From: an uncultured Candidatus Saccharibacteria bacterium
GTDB taxonomy: Bacteria > Patescibacteriota > Doudnabacteria > UBA920
DNA: 64,000 nucleotides
Direction of reading: 5' to 3'
NCBI GenBank assembly: GCA_964532425.1
Contig: CAZHIA010000005.1
Location: 2,772 to 66,771 of the forward strand
Part shown: piece by piece, positions 1 through 7,506 of the stretch
Position numbering within the stretch: the stretch's first letter is position 1
How the letters are laid out: the number at the start of each line of letters is the position of its first letter
Position numbers and translations under genes: made by a program
The notes under the pieces: generated by a model
Databases searched by the model: none
Seen by the model: only the letters and a program-made list of their open reading frames with translations
Told to the model about the DNA's origin: nothing

Positions 1-695
1 ATGGCGGCTGCTGCTTTGCGGCCTTCGGAGACCGCTTCGGAAACGACAGTGGCAATGAGTTCAACGGCCTTAGTTGCGTCGTCGTTAGCGGGAATGACAT
101 AGTCGATGCCGTCAGGGTTGCTGTTGCTGTCGACAATGCCGATGACCTTGATGCGGGATTTCTGTGCTTCCTTGACCGCGATGTCCTCATGCTTGACGTC
201 AGTGACGAAGATGGCTTCGGGCAGGCGCTTAACGTTCTGGATTCCTTCGAACAGTTTCTTGAGCTTTTCAATCTCGCGCTCAATAAGCAAGCGTTCCTTC
301 TTGGTGTACTTGGTCTCCAGTTCGCCGCTCATCTTGAGGTTCTCGAGGCGTTCCAGTTTGCGGATGGTGCGCTGGATGGTGCGGAAGTTGGTAAACGTCC
401 CGCCGAGCCAGCGGACATTCACGTACGGCATGCCACAAGCTACAGCCGCGGTTTTGACGATCTCGCGGGTCTGGCGCTTGGTACCAACGAACAAAACAGT
501 GCCGCCTTTGGCCGCAGTCTCTTGGGCAAACTTTACGGCTTTGGTGATGGCCTTTTTGGTCTTTTCTAGGTCCAGAATGTGGATGTTGTTCCGGACAGTA
601 AAGATATACGGCTTCATTTTCGGGTTCCACCGGCTGGTGGTGTGACCAAAATGCGCACCGCTTTTTAACAAATCTAACAGGCTGATTTCTTTCAT
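1..695 (-). CDS. rpsB: 30S ribosomal protein S2 (3' end runs off the window)
   Basis: Manual minus-strand translation from ATG at 695: MKEISLLDLLKSGAHFGHTTSRWNPKMKPYIF..., a hallmark S2 N-terminus. Absent from the ORF track because the stop codon lies outside the window. Confidence 0.97.
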   Translation of the reverse strand, partial: MKEISLLDLLKSGAHFGHTTSRWNPKMKPYIFTVRNNIHILDLEKTKKAITKAVKFAQETAAKGGTVLFVGTKRQTREIVKTAAVACGMPYVNVRWLGGTFTNFRTIQRTIRKLERLENLKMSGELETKYTKKERLLIEREIEKLKKLFEGIQNVKRLPEAIFVTDVKHEDIAVKEAQKSRIKVIGIVDSNSNPDGIDYVIPANDDATKAVELIATVVSEAVSEGRKAAAA

Positions 696-924
696 AGTGG
701 TATTTTGGAGGGGAAAACCCCGGCGGAAATAAAGGGGTTTTCCCCTTCCAACGTCGCCGGAGGCTCCTGCCTCCCCTTTCCTATAGTATTTTTGTCTGCG
801 AAGTAAATTCGACAGCCAAAAAACTATAAAATCCTTTCGCTTCTATTCCGCGATCCCGATGAAGGCCCTCAGGCCCATCAAGACAGGAAGATTGTGCGGA
901 ATATGCTTGATTAATTAGTAGTTG

Positions 925-953
925 GATTATAGCAAGTCTTGACTTTTTTGGCA
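925..953 (-). promoter_or_regulatory. sigma70-type promoter for rpsB, followed by a structured leader of about 220 nt
   Basis: Minus strand TTGCCA-N17-TATAAT; hairpins in 705-905. Confidence 0.6.
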
Positions 954-1086
954 AGAAGCATTAGTATTACAACTGTATTTCCATCTATATCAATTGTATT
1001 TCAATAGTATATCTATCCAGCAGGGTCTGAAATACGGTAGAAATACAATAGAAATACTATAGAAATTAATTGTTGACTCAATTACT

Positions 1087-1347
1087 ATGAAAGACAAGAT
1101 TCATCCCAAATATCACGATAATGCCAAGGTGACCTGCGCTTGCGGGAATACCTTCACCACCGGTTCGACTGCCGAAGAGCTTCGCACCGAAGTCTGCAGC
1201 GCCTGCCACCCGTTCTATACCGGCAAGCAAAAGCTGCTCGATACCACTGGTAACGTAGACCGCTTCAAGAAGCGCGTAGCCACTGCCAGCGCCCGCAAGG
1301 CTGATGCCAAGCCAAAGAAAGAACGCAAGACACGCGCAAAGAAATAA
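1087..1347 (+). CDS. rpmE: 50S ribosomal protein L31 (Zn-binding type)
   Basis: MKDKIHPKY...CACGN...[14 protein letters not shown]. Confidence 0.97.
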   Translation: MKDKIHPKYHDNAKVTCACGNTFTTGSTAEELRTEVCSACHPFYTGKQKLLDTTGNVDRFKKRVATASARKADAKPKKERKTRAKK

Positions 1348-1384
1348 GGATCGCAGATCTTTTCTGCACGCTGATTACACTGAT

Positions 1385-1411
1385 AAACCCCGTCCATGTG
1401 GACGGGGTTTT
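1385..1411 (+). terminator. intrinsic terminator after rpmE
   Basis: AAACCCCGTCCA-TG-TGGACGGGGTTTT hairpin with T-tract. Confidence 0.7.
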
Positions 1412-1475
1412 GCTATTGACAACCAGGCATAATCATGATATTGTGCTTTGTTTACTTATCACTAGGAGGTTGCAT

Positions 1476-1664
1476 ATGGGTAGCGATAGCAACACTGTTT
1501 CTGGACCGGGTTCTGCCCCGGCTCAAAGCGATATGGGCCGCATCCGTGAAGCTATGGAGGCTCACGAAGGCGGTGGTCCGGCCACGGAAGTGGACACGGA
1601 CGAAGCCGTAGAAAAGGCCAAGAAAGCTCTCAATGAGGGCTTGGCTAATCGCATGAATCGCTAA
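1476..1664 (+). CDS. small hypothetical protein (62 aa)
   Basis: GGAGG SD before ATG 1476, TTGACA upstream at about 1416, terminator hairpin at 1683-1710. Confidence 0.6.
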   Translation: MGSDSNTVSGPGSAPAQSDMGRIREAMEAHEGGGPATEVDTDEAVEKAKKALNEGLANRMNR

Positions 1665-1751
1665 ACTGGCGCCGCAAGTGCCAAAAAGACGAGCCGCAAG
1701 CTCGTCTTTTCTGTTTATATAAAAGCGCGCATTGCTGCGCGCTTTTGAGAT

Positions 1752-2216
1752 TTATTGTGTGGCATCGAGGAGTCGCTTGGTTTCTTCGAGCTGGGCTTGC
1801 CAGAATTTAAGATCCTGCTTGGCGTTGCAGTCAATGTGGGCATAGCGCGGGTCGCACAGCCCTGCACCATCCCAGAATTTGGATTTTTGTTCTGCCTCTG
1901 CCAGGCGTTCTTGAATGAATTGCAAACGCATACGGTGCCGATCGGCGCTTGTCTTCCATTGTTTGGCCAGCTGTTCGGCGGTCCCGTTTGTGTGCCAGGA
2001 AAAATTACTGTGTGGCTGGCAATTGCACGGCCCGATTATCTGCCAGGTACCTTGTGCCAAATCGATTCCCCGCGTTCCCTGACATACGCCTTGGACATGA
2101 ACCTCGGAACCTATACAACCAAAAACGATAACACCCTGCCCAGATGGATTATCTTGGATGGAAAAAATCTCCATGCAATCCAAAGCATAAGAATCGTTCT
2201 TATGGAATACGCGCAT
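1752..2216 (-). CDS. hypothetical protein with C-terminal helical region, downstream of an attenuator
   Basis: 154-aa ORF with AAGGAGG SD; terminator hairpin at 1720-1746. Confidence 0.7.
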   Translation of the reverse strand: MRVFHKNDSYALDCMEIFSIQDNPSGQGVIVFGCIGSEVHVQGVCQGTRGIDLAQGTWQIIGPCNCQPHSNFSWHTNGTAEQLAKQWKTSADRHRMRLQFIQERLAEAEQKSKFWDGAGLCDPRYAHIDCNAKQDLKFWQAQLEETKRLLDATQ

Positions 2217-2300
2217 ACTTCCTCCTTTGTATTGCCGGCCAGCAGGCCAGCCTGGAAATCTGCTTTAGCAGAAGGTCTCGGGGCTGTACTTCTGGTAAAT

Positions 2301-2472
2301 AAAAACCGTCCCGCCCTTTGTAAACAAAGGGCGGGACGGTTGAATAATACACGTTCAAATCACCGCGGCCTTTGCAAAGGCAGGGCGCGGTAGGTGGACA
2401 AAGAAAATATTGATGTGGTAGTCATTTCATCCATGGTATCAAGAGTTTACGTTAGCTCGCAGTGCTTGTCAA
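2301..2472 (-). promoter_or_regulatory. promoter + leader peptide + intrinsic terminator (attenuator)
   Basis: TTGACA(2472)-N17-TAAACT; 24-codon leader ORF 2434-2360; perfect 16-bp terminator stem 2305-2340 followed by a U-tract on the minus strand. Confidence 0.65.
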
Positions 2473-2481
2473 TGGCTGTAG

Positions 2482-3309
2482 TTAAATGTCAAAACCTTCT
2501 GCCCGCAATATCATGGTGGCAAACTCAGTGGCTTCAGGGTGGTTGCCGAGCCTATTAGAGAACCTGCCGCGAGAGCCGATGTCAGTAAAAATTTCAGCGA
2601 ACGCTTCGTTGGCGATCAGTTGGGCATCTAACTTGGGGTGCTTGTCTTTCTGTACTTCGCGCACTGCTGCCTGTAATTGCGGGTTGTTGCGGACAAAAGA
2701 TATCCAGTTAGCTTTTAACTTATTGTTGATCATTTGGATATACATGCTATGGCCGACTTCGTGGTAGAAATATTTGACTGCAAGCATGTGTAGGTATTCT
2801 TCGGCCTCTATTTTATCACTGAATTCTATTCCGTCATGTTCTTTGGCAGCATATTCATTGGCTTTACTCAAAATATCATTTTCGCGCACTGCAAAGTATA
2901 GAATTCGGTAACCGGAAATGTTATAGGCAAACCCTTTCATGGATCCATCAAGTTGAATTCCACGGTCGATGGCTGCTTCAACCATTCGGCGATCATCGTC
3001 AGGATTAAACTTTGAAAAGTCGTATCCCCTTCCCTCCATAAATGCAATAAAAGACTTATGATCGTTGAACTGATGATAGAGTTTTAGCCGTGCTTCGAAA
3101 AGATCAAAAAAATATTCTCCGGGTCGCGAAGTTTTTATGGGTAGTTGGGAGATATCGGCACCGATGTTTTGCTCGATGTCAGATTTTAAAAATTCGATCT
3201 CTTCTTTTGAGATGGGTTCGTAGACCGGAATGTTCTCCCGCCGTTCCCTGCGGAATGATTCCATGTCAAACGGGCGGTGTGCGATTTCTGGCGTGTAGAG
3301 TAAACTCAT
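2482..3309 (-). CDS. hypothetical protein with zincin-like metallopeptidase motif
   Basis: YHEVGH (HExxH) plus downstream NEAFAE. Confidence 0.65.
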   Translation of the reverse strand: MSLLYTPEIAHRPFDMESFRRERRENIPVYEPISKEEIEFLKSDIEQNIGADISQLPIKTSRPGEYFFDLFEARLKLYHQFNDHKSFIAFMEGRGYDFSKFNPDDDRRMVEAAIDRGIQLDGSMKGFAYNISGYRILYFAVRENDILSKANEYAAKEHDGIEFSDKIEAEEYLHMLAVKYFYHEVGHSMYIQMINNKLKANWISFVRNNPQLQAAVREVQKDKHPKLDAQLIANEAFAEIFTDIGSRGRFSNRLGNHPEATEFATMILRAEGFDI

Positions 3310-3387
3310 ACGGTAATAATATCACATTTCTTTTTGTTTATAAGAAAAGCGCTCCCGGAAGCGGGAGCGCGAACGTGGTTACCAATA

Positions 3388-3540
3388 CTACCATTCTCCC
3401 CTCCTCAGATCAACCTTCTTCTGCTGACGGCTCTGGCGACGCTGGTCCTTATGGACCCCACCGGTTTGTTTGGGGAGTGGTTTGCGCAAGGAGTCAAAGA
3501 CTTCCCTCGCGGAAATGGTGATGGGTTTAACCTTCTTCAT
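3388..3540 (-). CDS. small basic protein, 50 aa (below the ORF-track cutoff)
   Basis: AGGAGG SD; MKKVKPITISAREVFDSLRKPLPKQTGGVHKDQRRQSRQQKKVDLRRGEW; terminator hairpin 3344-3370 just downstream. Confidence 0.6.
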   Translation of the reverse strand: MKKVKPITISAREVFDSLRKPLPKQTGGVHKDQRRQSRQQKKVDLRRGEW

Positions 3541-3541
3541 C

Positions 3542-3865
3542 CTATCCTCCTATGGATGTTTTGTATCGCTCGGCTGCGACGAGCAAGATGTCGCGCAGTT
3601 CGGTGAGCGGCCGGTTGTACTCTTCCGTGAACGGGCGGGCGCCCTGACCGTAAGCCTCACAGAGAGTGTTCAGCTTGATTTCAGCAAGTTCGACAGATTG
3701 GATAAATTCCCCGTTTGCCCGTTCAATAACGAGCATCTGTCTGAGTTGGCCGAGAGACTGATACGCTTCATCGAACTGCTGGGGGTTAAGGCACTGGGTG
3801 AGTAGTTCGAGTGAATACTCGAGGAATGCGTCCTGTGGAAGCAGTCCTTTATATAATTTTGACAT
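3542..3865 (-). CDS. hypothetical protein
   Basis: 107-aa helical-looking ORF abutting the next small gene. Confidence 0.55.
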   Translation of the reverse strand: MSKLYKGLLPQDAFLEYSLELLTQCLNPQQFDEAYQSLGQLRQMLVIERANGEFIQSVELAEIKLNTLCEAYGQGARPFTEEYNRPLTELRDILLVAAERYKTSIGG

Positions 3866-3931
3866 AAAATTAGTAATTTGTCAAGTTCTGAATCAAGTCG
3901 GCATCTTTCAACATCGAAAATGTTCTGCATT

Positions 3932-3991
3932 GTAGCGTGCCGATTTATCGGCCAAATTCGCCTCTAAGCAGCCGATAAATCGGCACGCTAC
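3932..3991. repeat. GTAG-type REP doublet
   Basis: GTAGCGTGCCGATTTATCGGC...GCCGATAAATCGGCACGCTAC; near-identical copy at 41789-41848. Confidence 0.85.
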
Positions 3992-4088
3992 AGAATTGTT
4001 GCTAATTTCGATGCTCAAAGATGAAGGCAATGAACCATGCGGTTCATTGCCTTATGATACCAACCGGGTGTGCCGATCGATGAAACGG

Positions 4089-4880
4089 TTACTGCCAGAT
4101 GTGGCGCTGCGGTGCGGGTATTGCGGCGGCAGGCTTGCGATCGTCCTTTTTATTAAACAGCAGGATCGAACCCTTACCAGCGTGTTCGGGCAGAATGCGT
4201 TCTGCCAAAAGCCAGGTGCGGATGGTCTTGAGTTGCTCGGCGTTCAGGGATTTCTTGCTAACCAGCTCAAACAGCGTCGGACGGTCGCCCCAGCGGACAA
4301 TAACCGTGCGACCGAGCTGGTGGTCAAAGAAAGAGCGGAACACCTCGTGCGGATCATGCTTCACGTACCGCAGATGGTACCAATGACCATCGATCTTTTC
4401 GATCGTCTCGGTTTCAGACAGCTGGATCTTGGAGATCGACTGATTGAGGTGCAGATTCTGGTAATACTTCGTCGTGCGGTCGCGGTGCCGGCGCTGCAGG
4501 ATGCCGTTGTCATCGACAAAGAAGCTGCGCCACCGGTCGAAACCGTCAAAGTCCACCAGGTAATTCATCAGGTGGTCGTGAATGAGGTGGTAACCGCGCG
4601 ACGACCGGGAATCAACATGGTTGCAAATTTCCGCAAACACATCGTCCCACGGCTGCCCGACCGAGCGGTCGAGCATGCGATACAGCGGATGGGACCGGCT
4701 GCTCGGATCTTTGTGCATCCGAACTTTGCGGCGGACAACGAAGTTGTTGACATGGCCAACCAAACCGTCGTCAATCGCGAAGCTGTTGTTGGCGCGCAGA
4801 CGCAAAGCAGTTTTGCCGCTCTTTAAAAAACTTCCGCGGCAGGCAGTATTAACGATCACGCGGTCCATATCAGGCCGCAT
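4089..4880 (-). CDS. basic hypothetical protein
   Basis: 263 aa, AAGGAGGA SD; globular-looking core PLYRMLDRSVGQPWDDVFAEIC. Confidence 0.75.
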   Translation of the reverse strand: MRPDMDRVIVNTACRGSFLKSGKTALRLRANNSFAIDDGLVGHVNNFVVRRKVRMHKDPSSRSHPLYRMLDRSVGQPWDDVFAEICNHVDSRSSRGYHLIHDHLMNYLVDFDGFDRWRSFFVDDNGILQRRHRDRTTKYYQNLHLNQSISKIQLSETETIEKIDGHWYHLRYVKHDPHEVFRSFFDHQLGRTVIVRWGDRPTLFELVSKKSLNAEQLKTIRTWLLAERILPEHAGKGSILLFNKKDDRKPAAAIPAPQRHIWQ

Positions 4881-5030
4881 ATATTGTAGTGTCCTCCTTG
4901 AGGAGATCAGTCAAAGTATCAATACGTCGATGTATTGGAACAATGGCCGCATGGCATTCTCATGCCACTACTTAAACCATCAAATAGATTGAAGGCTTGA
5001 GCAGCGGTATGATGAACTGTGCTGTTCCGT

Positions 5031-5132
5031 GTCATTGCGAGGTCGAGAAATTTTGTGGTATAAATTTCTCGAGTGAAGCAATCTATTTCAAGGTAAGATT
5101 GCCGCGTCCGCCGGAGGCGGACTCGCAATGAC
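5031..5132. repeat. palindromic GTCATTGCGA...CTCGCAATGAC miniature element
   Basis: Terminal inverted repeats; relatives at 10287-10391, 9346-9456 and 43034-43126. Confidence 0.8.
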
Positions 5133-5188
5133 AGCATACACTCCCCTCACTCAAATGCCGATTACCACTTAAGTGAGGGCGCCAATGG

Positions 5189-5446
5189 TTATTGGCGCAA
5201 GATAACTGCTTTGAGGCGCGAGCGTGGCTGGGCCGGTCGCGGTTCGTACGTGGCGACCGCGGTAAAGCCCAGGGCGACCGGGATGGCCAGGAACGGTATG
5301 GCTAGCAGCTGCCACAGCGGCGTGCTGGTGATCTGGCTCAGCTGCGTGAGTGCACCGTACCGGAATTCCAGGTAAAAGGTCATGCCGGCGAGGCCCAGGG
5401 TCACGAACGTCATCACGACGCCGAAGATCAGTTTGAGAGTTTTCAT
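5189..5446 (-). CDS. small membrane protein with two TM helices (85 aa)
   Basis: AAGGAGG SD before ATG 5446 (MKTLKLIFGVVMTF...), two hydrophobic stretches. Confidence 0.7.
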   Translation of the reverse strand: MKTLKLIFGVVMTFVTLGLAGMTFYLEFRYGALTQLSQITSTPLWQLLAIPFLAIPVALGFTAVATYEPRPAQPRSRLKAVILRQ

Positions 5447-5462
5447 AGTGATGTCCTCCTTA

Positions 5463-5657
5463 TCAGTTTTGGTTGTCAAGCATGTCCAATGAACAGCCGT
5501 AGTAGTCGCGTTCGTTTTGATGCGGATTGCACTTGCTTGCAACTCCGAACCAGATGTCTTCTCCGCCGAACTTCCGGTACAAGGCTTCTTTGTTTTCGCT
5601 TTCGACGATGCGGTCGCGCTCGTCAAGCGTTCTCAGTAAGTTTTTGGATTGCGGCAT
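5463..5657 (-). CDS. small hypothetical protein (64 aa)
   Basis: GAGGAGG SD inside a hairpin; stop codon adjoins the SD of the next gene. Confidence 0.55.
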   Translation of the reverse strand: MPQSKNLLRTLDERDRIVESENKEALYRKFGGEDIWFGVASKCNPHQNERDYYGCSLDMLDNQN

Positions 5658-5764
5658 GAGTCCTCCTCAGAATCCGTTTTCTGAAATGGGCTCTGAGGAA
5701 GAGATGATTTTCATCATCTCGGGTTTTGGCCTGTTCGGCCATTATGTACCCTCCTTACTCTTTT

Positions 5765-6122
5765 TTGTTATTACCGTACCAAGGCAGATGCCCTGCTGCT
5801 CCCATGGAGTCGTAGACTCTGTCACAAATCCAGTCCCAGACCCAGACGAGTCCTCCCCTGCAGTCGCAGACTCAGCCCTTTTAGGGTAAAGTTGCGGGGA
5901 GTACTCCGAGAATATGGCTTGGTTTGTGAAAACCAAATCATTCCAAGAATTATCTTGAATATGTATGGTCATGGCAGCAGGCAGGTGCCGCGGCACGCGA
6001 GAAGAGGTCTCAGTGGTGCTGCTATCGATCGCTCTTCAAGCGCGCCGGGCTGCATCTGTCTCAGTGCGGCCCGCAAGCCTGAACCGTGTAACTTCCACAG
6101 CCCAAGCCTGCGGAAAGTCCGC
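5765..6122 (-). ncRNA. candidate structured RNA directly 3' of the coiled-coil gene
   Basis: Multiple long stems with G-U pairs favouring the minus strand, two CACUGAGAC motifs, CCCUAAAAGGG hairpin, 6-nt periodic tract. Confidence 0.6.
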
Positions 6123-7148
6123 TTACTCCACGCGCACGCGCAGGGCTGCAAGTTCTTGCAGGGCCTGCTGGCGCAGTGTTTCGGCGGAAGACCGAAGTTG
6201 CTCCTGGTCGCGGGCGTACTGCTTCAAAGCTGTCTGGTGGTTAGCCAGCAGCTCGTCCACAGCAGCCTGGTGCGAGGCATACGCGAGTTGGTACTCGCCG
6301 AATGCCTGCTGGTACGAACGCTCCTGTTCCAGGTTGTAAGCCCGTACGGCGTCCTTGACCTGCTTCTTCAGCCCGTTCAGCTGCTTCTGCAGGTCATTGT
6401 ACTCAGCTTGAAGCGCGTTACGCTGCTCGGCGAAACCCACCAGCTCTTCGGCGGAGTACGCCTTCTCCCACCGGGTCACGACGACACCGGTCTGAGTCAT
6501 TTGCTCACCGCCTTTCGGCAGCGGACGAATGAGCTCGCGGAAGAGGCTCCCCTGCTCGGAGAGCAACTTGCCGATTGCAGCGGCGCGGGCGTTCAGTTCG
6601 TTCGCCTTTTTCCAGAAAGCGAAATCGAACTGCGCGAGAACCGCCGGCTTCAGGTTCGCTATCATCTCGTCGATGTTCGCGATGTCCATGAAGCGATCAG
6701 TTTCGCAGACCGTGGCAAGAGCGGGTCGCTCGGGCAGCTGCGGCGGTTCCGGAAGCTTGGGTCGCTCGGGCGCGTTCGACAGCTGCGGCGATAAGAACCT
6801 TCGCAGGTCCATCGACTCCAGCTCCTGTTGCAGGCGTTTGTACAACTTCACACCGTGCATCAGAACAGCCGTGACCGCGTTGCGCTCCGCCACCCCCGCA
6901 TACCCTTTCAGGTCTTCGGGCGTGACTTTCGGGCCGTCAATAGTCTGCGGTGTAGAGTTGCCAGCGCCAACGAACGACAGAACCTTGCGGAACACGCCGG
7001 CAACCGCATCGGTAATGCGGCCCCAGAACTCGTCGTTCTGCTGCTTGGCTTCGGCTTGACGGCGAGCGACCTCGGAGATCGACACACCACCGTTGTTGGT
7101 AAAGAACGTCGGCACCTGAGTGCCGAAAATCATGGTGAGTTTTTCCAT
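6123..7148 (-). CDS. long alpha-helical/coiled-coil hypothetical protein with a Pro-rich linker
   Basis: 341 aa from ATG 7148 (SD GAGGGG); heptad-rich C-terminal half (ALQAEYNDLQKQLNGLKKQVKDAV...). Confidence 0.85.
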   Translation of the reverse strand: MEKLTMIFGTQVPTFFTNNGGVSISEVARRQAEAKQQNDEFWGRITDAVAGVFRKVLSFVGAGNSTPQTIDGPKVTPEDLKGYAGVAERNAVTAVLMHGVKLYKRLQQELESMDLRRFLSPQLSNAPERPKLPEPPQLPERPALATVCETDRFMDIANIDEMIANLKPAVLAQFDFAFWKKANELNARAAAIGKLLSEQGSLFRELIRPLPKGGEQMTQTGVVVTRWEKAYSAEELVGFAEQRNALQAEYNDLQKQLNGLKKQVKDAVRAYNLEQERSYQQAFGEYQLAYASHQAAVDELLANHQTALKQYARDQEQLRSSAETLRQQALQELAALRVRVE

Positions 7149-7269
7149 GGTTTCCCCCTCTAAAACCATGATAAGTTCATGGCTTGAGAGGAGGAGAGAT
7201 GAAAATAATCATCTCTGCTGATTGCAATCAAAGTTGATTGCTTTCATCTTCCCTCCTTTTCGTTTTTAA

Positions 7270-7506
7270 CAACTGGTGTGCGACCAGTATCACCCCGAGT
7301 TTAATGTCCCGCAGGCTCCCTGGACACTCCCCTTTAATTTGTCACTGATCCGGAACGGATCCCCGAGTACGCAGGACGCGTACTCGGGAGGCTTTCGGTC
7401 TTTTATAGCCCAGTGCTCCCGCCCTTTCTCCGCCGAGTGGCGGACGAAAGAGCGGGATTCGCGCAGTCAGACAGGGGCCCCGAAGAATTCGGGGCGGGCG
7501 GCGAAT
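7270..7506 (-). ncRNA. candidate structured intercistronic RNA between the TROVE and coiled-coil genes
   Basis: Consecutive strong hairpins (GCCCCGAA/UUCGGGGC; UCCCGCUCUUUC...GAAAGGGCGGGA; CCCGAGUACGC/GCGUACUCGGG); no SD-supported ORF. Confidence 0.5.

Noticed and set aside
106-645. Plus-strand ORFs at the window start
   Set aside because: Antisense shadows of rpsB.
970-1066. Replication origin or functional array (10-mer periodic inverted repeats; similar 7- and 9-mer tracts at 22329-22420, 50935-50990, 59495-59590, 62870-62925)
   Set aside because: Degenerate short repeats scattered throughout intergenic DNA; no DnaA-box cluster seen.
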